From the NCBI GenBank assembly GCA_002633005.1, contig NMRA01000679.1, positions 17,620-80,706 of the forward strand: DNA of 63,087 bases, written 5' to 3'. A program made the position numbers and the translations under genes. Source of the stretch: Phoronis australis. Lineage: Eukaryota; Animalia; Phoronida. Positions 38,926-50,973 of this stretch are shown here, in pieces; the first letter of the stretch is position 1, and every line of letters begins with the position of its first letter. The notes under the pieces were generated by a model. That model had not been told where the DNA came from. It saw nothing but the letters and a program-made list of their open reading frames with translations, and made no database searches.

Positions 38926-39186
38926 GTTTTTTGACAAAATAAATGTTTGAATAACTAATTCTTGTGTCAGACCAACATACTTGGCGGAATTCCGACAAGT
39001 AATAAAGATTATTTCTACTATAACCAACAGCAGGTCACATTTGTGACCTGACTGCAAATACGAGCCGAGACTTTGGTCATCTTGTATCGTAACATGCGAC
39101 CTGGAATTTCTCATGTAAGCGAGCCCAATTTTTGGCCTAACGAATGTATCGTGCGAATCTGGCCGTTATTACGTTGGTCTGACAGC

Positions 39187-40400
39187 AAGTTTTGTTTTTT
39201 TTTGTTTGTTCGCACTCTACAGGTTGCAATTTTCGTCCGATTTTCATGAAATTTGCACACAACATGTAGATTGGAAAGTACTAGAAGCCTATTGTTTTTG
39301 GTCATGATCGGATACAAAATGGCGGACGTGGCGGCCATTTTGTATCCGATTTCACAGTCAAATGCTCGTAGAGGCCGCATTTTTCGACGTACAAAGCTGA
39401 AAATCAGTACGAATTTACTAGAATGCATGTGCTACAATTGTGCAGAAAATCGTTGACTTCCGCTTAAAGATAGCGGAAACATTGGACGTGGTGCATGCGC
39501 ACCCCGAAATATGGCTAAAAACGTTTTCTCCTGCAGGGGGCGCATTTGCAAACCAATCACTTTCAAACTGGTCACGTGTTTGTTGAGTTAAATAAGCTTT
39601 TATAAAAAATTATTGAACCGGAAGTCACTTTCAAGATGGCGGCTGTGGCGCATGCTCACACGGTTTCAATTGCTCTGATGTCGCATTTTTCACGGGAAGA
39701 GTAAATGACGTGAATTTTTGCATGTGGATTCCTTGAAGTATGGCCTTTCAAAAAGTCTGCGAGAGCGTATTTCTCAGACTTACCGTTTTCGAGTTACTTG
39801 ACTTTAAATTTTAAAAAAAAACGGCAAATTTTCAATTTTCTCGAAAAATTTATGGATTTTTGCCAAACTACCACTTTAGATAGAATTTTGAACGGGCTTT
39901 CAGAAGATATTTTCCATTTTGCGCTACGACGTCTACTTTTTGAATTATTCGAGATTTTCTGATACCGTTGTTCCTTCGGTCACCTATGCAAGCACGCAGA
40001 TGGCTGGCTTTCAGTTCACTTTGTTTTGGTTATGCCTAGTTGACCCAGACTGACCCAGCCAGCACTGTCCTACTGTGGCTGAATAGTGCTCTGTAGACTG
40101 TACAATTCCAGGCCAAATACTTATTGTAAACATAACTTTGCTTTGCAGACTGTCACATAGCGCCACCTATTTTAGAACGTGTTAACAGACATGGCTCGTC
40201 CGTCATGTTGCGCCATCTATTGTTCTTTATTGTAGTTAATTGTATGCTCTCTATTTGATTTCTTCGCTAGTGACATGAATGTTATCGTGTTATTCATAAT
40301 TGCCGCCTTGATCGTCTTGATTGTCGTCGTCCTCCCCATCGTCGTCTTTTCGATTAATTCTGCCAAGTGTCGCTCCTCCGAGCGCTCTCGTTTGGTTGTT
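39187..40400 (+). mobile_element. Second HINE-like family, copy 2
   Basis: Colinear with 24512-25640. Confidence 0.65.
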
Positions 40401-40654
40401 GCCAAATCTAGATGAATGCAAACAGAGAACGGCCCTCTTCAATGAGTTGTAAACATGCCGCGGGATAATTCAGAAACGATCTTTGACGCATTTTGTTGAC
40501 TAGTGTTTTTGGCTACTTTTGCAAGTTTTTGGATACGCCAAAGAAAATTTCGGACTAAGGCATAGATATGTGACGTTTCATTTTTTAACGATCAACTTAC
40601 CAACCTTCTCACGGAAAAAAAAATTATTTTCCATGTAAGATGTCCTGATTATTC

Positions 40655-41100
40655 TATCACAATATCCCCGATAATATCGCACTGCAGCACTCAGGTCGGT
40701 CCCGCTGTTTACGCGCAATGTCCCGGCAGACGATCGCGACTTGGAAATGCGTGTTGTATTTTATGGCAAGACAGCAGACAAATTCTCAAGCCCTTCTTTC
40801 TGGAACTGAGCACGCGTGTAGGTATGAGTCGCCCGTCACTCACATATGTTGTTGCTTAAATGTAACATGCACTCCTGCGATTCAAATGTGGGAACTTACG
40901 GGCGCGCCACTACAAAGCCGCACATCAAAAGAAAACAGCGACAACAGTCCTAACAAAAAGAGTATACCGACTTGACTCTGCACCATTAAGCTGCCAGTGC
41001 TTTGCAATTCCTGTGGCCCAATGCTCCTCTGAACCGCGGTGTTCTATACCGATGTTTCCGTGGCTCGATATTCCCCAGGCCCGATGTTCTATGCCCATAG
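40655..41100. mobile_element. End of an unclassified DNA element; inverted homolog at ~47300-47740
   Basis: Shared GGTCGGTCCCGCTGTT, GTAGGTATGAGTC, CACATCAAAAGAAAACAGCGACA and terminal CGATGTTC-type subrepeats. Confidence 0.6.
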
Positions 41101-42020
41101 CCAGCTGTTACCGTGAGAAAACACCGTACAAATTAACTCTGTGCAATTGTTCTTCAAAACGCTATTTGTATTTTTAATGGCCCACTTTTGCACGTGGTTC
41201 GGTTTTAATTGCGAAAACGCCTCATAGGCGAAAACAAAATGTTATGGGCGTTTTTTGAGATTTCATCTTGAAATGCTAATTTCTCTTAGTTGTGCTTGAA
41301 AAATGGTCACAGTTAATGAGAGATTTGATGTAAAGCTCAAATTCATATTCTGCAGGATTTCTACTTTCAGAAAATGTATGCATTTATCCAGTTAAATTCT
41401 ATATTTCTGTTCATATTTGACTAAATTCTCACACTTGTGGAAAAGGTCATTCACAACTTCAGCTCCCCAGCATAACAAGTCACTGAAAATAGTCTCTTCT
41501 GGTTGAGTGCAAACCTCACTAAAACTGCCTTATTTTTACCTGGTAGGGTATATTGTAAACACACTCACAATAGCTTGGGGGAGGTCTTCTGTGTTGTGAC
41601 TATTCACATTCTGAATAGAAGTAGATCTAAGTAATGATAAACAAGATAATTACCCCCAATCAAAATCTCTGAGCACCAGCCCAGTATGAATGGCTCAGAA
41701 TACTTTGAACCCATCCAAAAATGAAAAGGTGTTGACTCTCAAAATGATTTGCCAAATTTTATGAAAACACCTTAAACAGTACACACCATGGATTTTTGCA
41801 CATTTCGAATTACCGGTGGCCACAGACTAAATGTATGACGTAAAATTAAGCCAAATCCATGATTATTTTGTGTCATTAGCTCGAAATTTTGATTTCTCTT
41901 TCAATTTTGCCAATTTTCACATTTCCCGCCATGTGACATCATGGGTTGAACACAAGAGATCAGCGACTAGCATTGAACAACGGCGGAGAGGAGGGAATTT
42001 GAAACGATTATGAGCAAGCA

Positions 42021-42241
42021 ATGAACAAATACTATGAAGAAACGTACGAGAATGGTGGCCAGGATGACGAAATGGGGTTGCACGAAAGCGAGAACGAGTT
42101 TGATTTGTTTTCAGCTGCGTACTTTTATACTTTGAGGCCTTACGAACTGGATCCTCCTGCGAGAGAAGCGGCCTCGGGCTCGGCCAGTCAACCCAGTCAT
42201 CCAACAGACGATCCTGAATAAAGAGGCGATGTTTCTGAATA
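42021..42241 (+). pseudogene. First-exon remnant of a Kolobok accessory gene (P2X7 C-terminal-domain-like)
   Basis: Acidic N-terminus, LRPYELDP (PYxFEP-like), then RGDVSE(W) directly followed by a gtaaat donor. Confidence 0.6.
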
Positions 42242-42289
42242 GTAAATATTGTCCTTTATTAAACCAGGCCTTCATCATAACATCTCCTC

Positions 42290-42459
42290 TAATTGGAGTC
42301 GAAACACGACTCCTCAAAGTGGGCAGAACACAGAGTGGCCCTGGACAGAATCGCTTGGTCCACGCTGAGGTCCCACACTCTCGTTCGGTGCACGAAGCGA
42401 TGCCACTACTGCGCCGTCTGACTGCTGTTGCTGCAGCCTCCGCAAACACATCTTTTCAT
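42290..42459 (-). pseudogene. THAP zinc-finger remnant, probably a Kolobok transposase N-terminus
   Basis: MKRCVCGGCSNSSQTAQ*WHRFVHRTRVWD...ATLCSAHFEESCFD (C-x4-C ... W ... CSxHF). This frame is absent from the ORF track because of the internal stop. Confidence 0.8.
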
Positions 42460-42849
42460 CCCTCTACGACATCTTTCAAGTGATTTGGAGGACGGAGAGG
42501 GTAATGTCAAAAACGTACTAAAAATGTTTAAAACACACCGAATCTATTTAATAGAAACTCATTCACCAAATTTCATTAAAAATTAAATTTGCCATTAGGA
42601 GGGCACAACGATAGTCGAATCCATTCAAATGTTGTCCTTGTCTGTTGTCAACTTCATATAAATACCAATTTAATAAAGATCCTCCAGTGGGTTTGGGAGA
42701 TGCAGCCTGTTGTATCATAACCGTATTGTGGCAACATGTTTTGATTGTAGTTAATATAGGATATCTGGGTATGAGCAGTTCCTGGAAGTAACCTGTTTCA
42801 GTTCAAAATATTTTGCTTTTTCAACCCATGTTTATTGACTAACATCACG

Positions 42850-44249
42850 TACCGTATTCACCGTAATAACCACCCATGCCCCTATAAGCGCCCCCACGCA
42901 TTTTCAGCCTTTGCTGAAATAAGCGCCCAGTCCATCAACGTGTACATGCGAACAATGACGTACTTACAGTCCTAAAACTCGGCAACAGTAACGTCTTCAA
43001 TTTATAAAAAAAATTTTGCACGGGTCTTCTAGACCACCAGCGGCACTGCCGCGACCATACACTTCAAAGGAACGCAGTGCTTCAAAAAGAACGCAACAAC
43101 GTTGCTACTCTCGCGACAATCGTGTCCCACTATGGTCTGACCTTTCAGTACAGACACACCGACTGTCTCATGAATAAAAATAACTCGGTGTTAAACGCAC
43201 GTGGCCAGGAAGCGCACGCTAAATATATGAACCTGTCACCAAAACATTAGTCAGGAACTATCCATTCATGAAACGGGTAGCATAGCATCGGTAAGAAATG
43301 AATATTGGCACTAATTTCTGACAATTTCTAAATTATACTATAAAACATGTTTGCGTTATTTTTGAGATAGATTGTTTGATTAACAATAACTTTTTAAACC
43401 GTTTAAACGTTTTAAACCGTATATCCCATAAAATGACATCTGACAGTGAATGCTTACACACCCTTACACCGAAAAATAACTGACAGATAGTCACGTACGC
43501 ATCCAGACACACGGTGACTAATATGGGCCTTACCAAGACAAATGTCGAACGTTTTTAGCACAAGACTGGCAAGTGCTGAATGAAACACGCTCTGGTTTAG
43601 GCCTACTGCTTGTGCAAATTTCTTTAGACACAATGCACATCTACCTCTTTAGACTGCGTGGCTCTGGCAAATGAACTCTGGCGACACGCACGCACTTGCT
43701 TACTCACAAACGCAGACAAACTTCAAAACAAACGTCACGTGACAACAACATGTGTGTTCTTCCAGACATTTTTCTCTCCGTGTTCCCAATCATACATGTA
43801 GATGGCACGATGTTGCACAGATTTGTACTTAAACCTGTCGTTAATCCAGACTCCACGGGAACTTAAAAAAATCTTAGGGATGCTACGTAGAAAACTTAAT
43901 GAAGATTTCAGGTAATTTGTCGAAACTATTTTATTCAAGCACTGAAGTCGCCATATCGAAGACGGTGATTTTGAGGCAGTCAGTCGGCGAGTTTTTGCCC
44001 TGGGATTTCAGAACTATTTTCTGTAAAATGATCGTAATTTAGCAGCAAAGTTTGATAGCAATGCACCATGGTTTTGTAGCAAGTCTTTCATAGATTACAA
44101 ATACGTAACAGAGAGTAAATTTGATGAATCTTAGCTTCCGATTTCACCCGTTTCGGAGACCGGATTTCAACCGCCTTGGGTTATAATAAGCGCCCCCTGG
44201 AACCCAACTTTTCTAAGCGCCCTGGGCGGTTATTACGGCGAATACGGTA
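42850..44249 (-). mobile_element. Full TA-flanked TIR element (HIRAN-carrying family), inverted
   Basis: TACCGTATTCACCGTAATAAC ... GTTATTACGGCGAATACGGTA. Closely similar to 56108-57230. Confidence 0.9.
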
Positions 44250-46294
44250 TATGATTGGTTACAACCCAACATATGGCAACAAGGACTAAAGTCATCAAAG
44301 GAATTATGGACGGACCATTGTGGTGATATATTTTCAAAAACAGGAAGGAAATTTGACCAACACAAGAAAATTTAGAAACACAAAAAAGAAACCAAGATGG
44401 CGACACCGATATCGAATTTTCCAGAATTCAACTGTGCAATAGACAGTAGAACCAAGATAGACATCGTAAATGATTTGAAAACATAATAGCGGCGATTGCC
44501 CACAAACTTGCGTTGTTATTACACTGTGGCGGCGAACGACTTCATGACATCTCCAAGACTTTAACTATAGTAAAGGCTTCTGGAGAAGACAGTTATACTA
44601 CTGCTTTGCGGTGTTTTGATGACTACTTCAAATCCCAGAACATCGAATATGAAACATATCCATGAGACATAACAGGAACAGTCTGAATCTCTATCCGCAT
44701 ACCATACGAGACTGATTGAAATCCCCAAGTGATGTGAACTCGCTGATGGAGACAGAACGATCAAATCAATTAAAAAGATGACGTAACATATTTACAAGAG
44801 ACATACAGTACCACGGAGTCTATTACAAGATGGGAATGTGAATGGGGTGGAATCATTATTGCAAGTCATGGCACAAATTATAGCAAAGGAACTGCTATTT
44901 TACTGCATCCACAGTTGGATTTTGAAATTATTTCAACTACAAAAGGTACAGACGTGAGGTGTAATCTGATTAATTGCAAAATTTTACAAGAACATGATAC
45001 CTTGCTTAATGTATACTTCTCAAATGAAACAAGAAAACAACTTGAATTTGTGGAAAGTTTGGGCAATGTAGTACTCAAAAATGCTCACGATATAAATATT
45101 CTATGCGCAGGTGATTTCAACTGTCCACTGTCTGATTTGGACAAATAGGTAAACTTGATTTTTCTACAAAACTCCAAGTTAGTCAAAAAATTAAAAAATT
45201 TGGATATATCAACAAGATCTTCGATGTATGGAGGGAAAAAAATCCTGGTATAAGGAAGTACACATGGCGTAACAACATGTCAAAGTAGAATCGACTATTG
45301 GCTGGTTCCCAGAACATTGTGTACAAAACAGGTTGACATTATGAACGACTTTGTATTCTCTGACCACTCTGCCATAGTACTGATTACCGTATTTGCCCCA
45401 ATAACCTCCCAGGGCGCTAAGAAAAGTTCGTTTCGGGGGAGCACTTATTTTTACCCAAGGCTGTTGAAACCGGTCTCCGAAACAGGTGAAATCGGAAGCT
45501 AAGATTCATCATATTTACGCTTTGTGATGTATCTGTAACCTATGACAGATTTTCTACAAAACTATGGTGCAGTGCTATCAAACTTTGCTATTAAATTCCG
45601 ATCATTTTTCAGAAAATTGTGATAAAATTCTAGGGCAAAAACTCAGACGACGACTGACTGCCTCACAATCATCGATATAATAACTTGAATGCTTGAATGA
45701 AAATAGTTTTGACTCAAGCAAATTACCTGAAATCTTTCTTAAGTTTTCCAAATAGTGCCCCTGAGATTTTTCAATGCCCGTGGAGTCGGGATTAACAGCA
45801 GGTTAAGTCCAAATCTCTGCTAGATCGTGTCATCTATGATCGCAGAGCTACTTGGCAACACAAGTAAAATCTCTGGATGAACACACATGTTGTAGTCATG
45901 TGACATTTGTTTTGAAGTTCGTATGTCTCGCGTGTTTAAGAGAGCGAACGCGCCATGCGTGTCACCAGATTTCAATAGCCAGAGAAAACCAATCTGACGA
46001 GCTAGAGGTGCATTGTATCTCAAGAAATTGGCACTAGCAACGGTAAATCAGAACATGTTTTATTCAGCACTTGCCGGTCTCATCTGCCAAAAAACATTCC
46101 ACAATTGTCTAGGTAAGGCCATATTAGTCGCTCTGTGGCTGGATGCATACGTGACAGCCTGACAGTTATTTTTCGGGTGTAAGGGTGTGTTAGTATTCAC
46201 TGTCAGTGGTCAATTTATCGGATATTTGGCTTTAAAAACACCAATTATAGTTAATTGAACAATCTGTCTTAAAAATAACTGAAGTTTTTTATGA

Positions 46295-48996
46295 TACCGT
46301 AAACGTTCGGGTTAACACCCATGCTCAGTTAACCGCCCACCCCTAGGTGGATTTTCGATTTAACTGCCCACTGCTCGGTTAACCGCCCATCTGCGATTTT
46401 TGAAGATTTCCAGGTTTCCAGATTTCTCTCGGTTAAGCGCCCATCCCCAACTTTTAAACATTGATGACTTAGCGCCCAGTGCTATGGAAACGTGCAATTC
46501 CCTGACTTTTAGATCGATGATCACAATTAGAGTGCAACGACGGCTTCTGAGCCGGCGGTTTGGCAATGTGAATTATAATACAAGTAACAAATTCTTGTCT
46601 TGGGTCATGGATTTACTTCAAATTATAATACTTGAACGTTTTGTCACTTCATTTTCTTCCCATGTTCGCAAAGTTCATGAACCCCGCCGGCTTCAATGCC
46701 TCCGCTTTTAGCGAGGCGGTCTGCCGCACTGAGTTTCTGTCTGCAGTACACTAGATAAAACATATATTCGAAAAAAATCGGGCCAGAGAAATGTGACAGT
46801 GGTTTTTCCAAACCTTCCAATTCGCTTTTGGTAAGAAGCTCTCGTATTTTGAAGAATTTCCATAACTCACGGAAAGATGTCAAATTCTTGCAGGTTATCG
46901 AGGATGTTTAGAGACCCAACAGACAATGTACCTTGCTTGCCGATTTGCTGTCCCTCGATTTCTGAATTCAAAGGTTGGCAAAACGTTACTGGATAATTGT
47001 GTTTCATCCTGAAGAAATAAAAAACTGCAAGTCAAATTTTGTTTTTCGCTTATTGCATCTCAGACAAGTTGGCATTAGCAGATTCCGCCAAAGTCGCTGG
47101 CGGTCTTTGTAGTACGATTTCTTGCGACAGGCGCAACTGTGCATTATCATATCCACCTAGCCTTTTAGCTTCCCAAATATTTTTGTTTCTACATTGGGCA
47201 GTTTCAGTCTGAACAAAATTCTTACCATTCGAGTCTGAGACATCTACGAAGTAACTGATTGAAAATTAGCGGCAGTGGTAATGACGTGCACGCAGTTAGC
47301 TACGGGCATGGAACATCAGGTCCAGGGATCATCGAGCCGGGAACTATTGGAACAGACTTGACATCATAGTTTTTGCTCATTGGAACAGAGCAATATCGTA
47401 AAACAATGGTTTTTTGTAGCAACAGCTTAAAAGTACGGAGTTGCGCCGGTGTACTCCTTTACGTAGGGCTGTCGCTGTTCTCTTTTGATGTGCAATCTCT
47501 GAAGTGGTGTAAGTTCCCACACTCTGGAGTGCATGTTACCTCGACAACAACATATGTGATTGACAGGTGACTCATACCTACGCGCGTGCTGAATCCAGCT
47601 GCAGTCTTTTGTCTCATACTGAAACAGGCAGTTAAATTACTTGACAGCATTTCCAAGTCTAGTGATGGCATATTGCGCACTAACAGCGGGACCGACCAGT
47701 GCCGCAGTGCGATATTGCCGTAGGAGATATTATAATAGGATAATCTGTACATATTGCATGTAAAATAAACGTGTTTTTCGAAATACTTTATGACTGCCAG
47801 GTAGGCCTATCTACTCGCGTAGGTTGGAATTTCCCAGTGGCAGGTATAACACGTCTATAATCTCGACTCGCATTCCCAAAATTCTTGTCGCCAATATGAC
47901 CTGCAGTTCGTTATGCCGAGAGTGGAGTCTCGGTTGCAAAACACTGACTCAGAAAGGATGCGTTGCTGGTTGAAGCTCTTCACTAATTTAGTTGTATAGC
48001 TGCGCAAACCATGGATGCCGGTTACCCAAAGAATTGGGGCTACATCTACGAATTGTTTTTTACTGACGCTGATACGTGTATGACTGATGATTTTTTCCTC
48101 AGACTCTACTATATGCGGTCACTAGACTCATCCCCGTCAATATAGTGTTAGTAATTTTAAAATAAAATGCTTGTTTTTGAGTAATGCCTTTGCGGTAACT
48201 TTTGATTGACGACTGGCTCATGTCCGCTTACCCCCAATTCTCATCTTCTTTGCGTGGCAGTTTTCACGCAATTGGAAGTGGGCAGCGTCGGGCGGTCGAG
48301 ATAAAACAGCTAGCCGCAGAACCATACGTTGAAAATGAGTCACGGAGTCTAATCTAATCTAATCTAATCTAATTTCCAACATAGACATCCCAAAAACAAA
48401 AAAAACACCTGAATTTGTTTTTCAAACTTTTATCCCATCATTAATTTTAAAACTGGTCTTTAACTAAGAACTTGACACAGCTAGCACCATAAATTTGATG
48501 TCTACTGTGACCTCTGCAACACGTGAAGCTCGCACCCGCACACGCACGTTATCGCGTGAGAATAGATGCAATCCAAGTTATTGTTACTGGTCGTCTCCGC
48601 ACTACAGCTCTAATAAGATCACAGGATGGCACAGAGCTATTACTCACCAATTTTGTAAATTTAATTGTGATTGACTAATCTGTGAGCAACAGAAAATGTT
48701 TTGGGATCGTCCACTGTTATGACACTTTTAGCGGCATTTGGCGACTTGACGATGAAGCTCTTTGAAAAGTTCTACGCGTTCCGAGTACGTGTGTCGCGTG
48801 TACTCTGATCATGAGGTAAGATTAACTGCTCAGGGCGGTTTTCTGTCGTAAGAAGCGCCCATGTTCAGTTAACCGCCCACCCTGGATTTCTTGAAATTTC
48901 ACGTTTAAACGCCCATGTCTGGTTAACCGCGCCCAACCCCGATTTTTTGGGTTTGCCAATTTAACCGCCCAGGGTGTTAACTGAATGTTTACAGTA
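46295..48996. mobile_element. Second TA-flanked pogo-like TIR family, nested
   Basis: TACCGTAAACGTTCGGGTTAACACCC ... GGGTGTTAACTGAATGTTTACAGTA, with repeated subterminal GTTAACCGCCCA. Confidence 0.8.
48348..48373. repeat. (TCTAA)5 microsatellite
   Basis: tctaatctaatctaatctaatctaat. Confidence 0.9.
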
Positions 48997-50973
48997 TTAG
49001 AAACAGTCGGAAATAAAAACCTTATTCTTCTACTTCTTCAGTGTTCTGGTCTTTTGGGCGAAGTCTGCAGTTCGCCGCAATGATGCCGTCAGGCCCCACA
49101 GTTTTACCTTGAATTCCACCGGAAATTAGTGCCAATATTTATTTCTTGCCAGTGCTTTACTCGTTATGAAGATTGGTCCTGAAGGTTAATGTCTGCGATG
49201 ACAGGTGTGTAGCGCGCGCTTCCTGGCCACATGCTTTTAACACCAAGTTTTTATTAGTCTTCGATTCAATTCGTAGTTTTTACATGTACAAAAAATTTGG
49301 AATCCTGTTCTAGTGATGGAAAAGATATGGAATGTGTATGGGAAAGATTCAATCGGCTGAGTCTGTTCTGACATTGAATGGTCAGACCATAGTGGGACAC
49401 GTTCCTCGCAAGATCAGCAAAACTTGCGCTCTTTTTAGACCACGGCAGAAGTTTGAAGTGCATAGTCATGGCTAAATACAGACATATAGCGGCGAGGCTA
49501 GTGGTCTAGAAACTCCGCGCACAATGAGTTTTTTAGGATTGCCAGATCTTGTTGACAAATTGGAAGACGTTACTGTGGAATTTTAGCGCTATAGGTAAGA
49601 CATTTTTCGCAATGTACACGTTAATGGGGGAGGCCCTTATTTCAGCAAAGTCTGAAAACGAGTGGGGGGGCGCTTATAGGGGCATAGGCGGTTACTAGGG
49701 CGAATACTGTATTAAAATTTCCAAATAAGAAAAACATGGTCCGGGATTATGGAAATGTAATAATAGTTATCTTGATGACCTTGGTTATTTAAAAAAAATT
49801 ACTGTGTTGCCGCATGCAGGAGAATGTATGCCAACTTTAAAAATAAAAATCTTGTGTGGGATTTCACCAAAAACGAAATCAGAAAAGCGTCTACTGATTA
49901 CGATAAAACAAAATGTACAAAAAGAAAAAAAGAACATTTCCATCTTATTGATACAATAAATATGCTGACGTCTCAAGTAGAAAATAACCGGGCTGAAGAA
50001 GAAGCTAAAATAGCCTTGAACAAGGCAAAAACAAAACTTCAATTAATACAACCTTTGTCTATTAAAGGCTCGATTATAAGGAGAAAAGTTCAATGGGTAG
50101 ACAAAGGGGAAAATTCCCATTCTTTTAGAAACCTAGAAGTAAGGAATTGTGTACAAAAACAAATTCTTTCATTAAAAGATGGTCATCAAAGTGTTACCAC
50201 TCCTACTAGAGTGAGAGAGTTGCAAACCCAGTATTATAAAAACCTGTATTCCAAAAAAGTAAATAATTGTGGATCCCTCCCAACATTATTTACATTACCA
50301 AAAAATAAACAACCTTCTGAAGAAGAGTCTCTAGAACTTGATCAAGACTCCACTGAAGACAAAATTTTCGAGGCTCTCCAAAGAACAAAATCTAATGGCG
50401 GAATTTCATATTATGAGTTTTATAAAACATTTTGGGTGGGTAATTAAATATGAATTAATAGAGTTTTGATTTTAGCTTCCAGATAGACGAATTGTCCACG
50501 TCACAGAGACAAAGTGTCATAACTCTTATACACAAAAACAAAGACAGTGAGGAACTTCTGTTCCATCTTAAATTGTGACTAAAATTTGATCACAAAAGCC
50601 AATACAAATAGAATTTATAAGTACATAGACAAATTGATTTACCCTGATCAGACGTCATTACCTAAAATGTATATTGGCCAAACTATTCGATTAGTTAAAG
50701 ATTTGATGGAATATTACAAACAAAATAAACTAGATGGCCAAATTATATTCCTGGATTTCAAGAAAGCATACGACACCTTAAATTTGGTTTACTTGTTCAA
50801 AACTTTAAAAGCCTTTGATTTTGGACAAGGGATAATAAGTAAAATAAAAATTTTGTATAATAAAATCTCATCCTGTGTGTTAAATAACGGATTCACCACT
50901 CGGTACCTTGACATTGAAAGAGACTTACGACAGGGTGATCCGCTGTCAAGTCCCTTCTTTGTGTTATGTGCAG

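Larger units (their letters stand above)
45385..49711 (+). mobile_element. Full TA-flanked TIR element (HIRAN remnant ~49255-49580) inserted in the L1 endonuclease region
   Basis: TACCGTATTTGCCCCAATAAC ... GTTACTAGGGCGAATACTGTA. L1 coding sequence resumes right after it. Confidence 0.88.
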
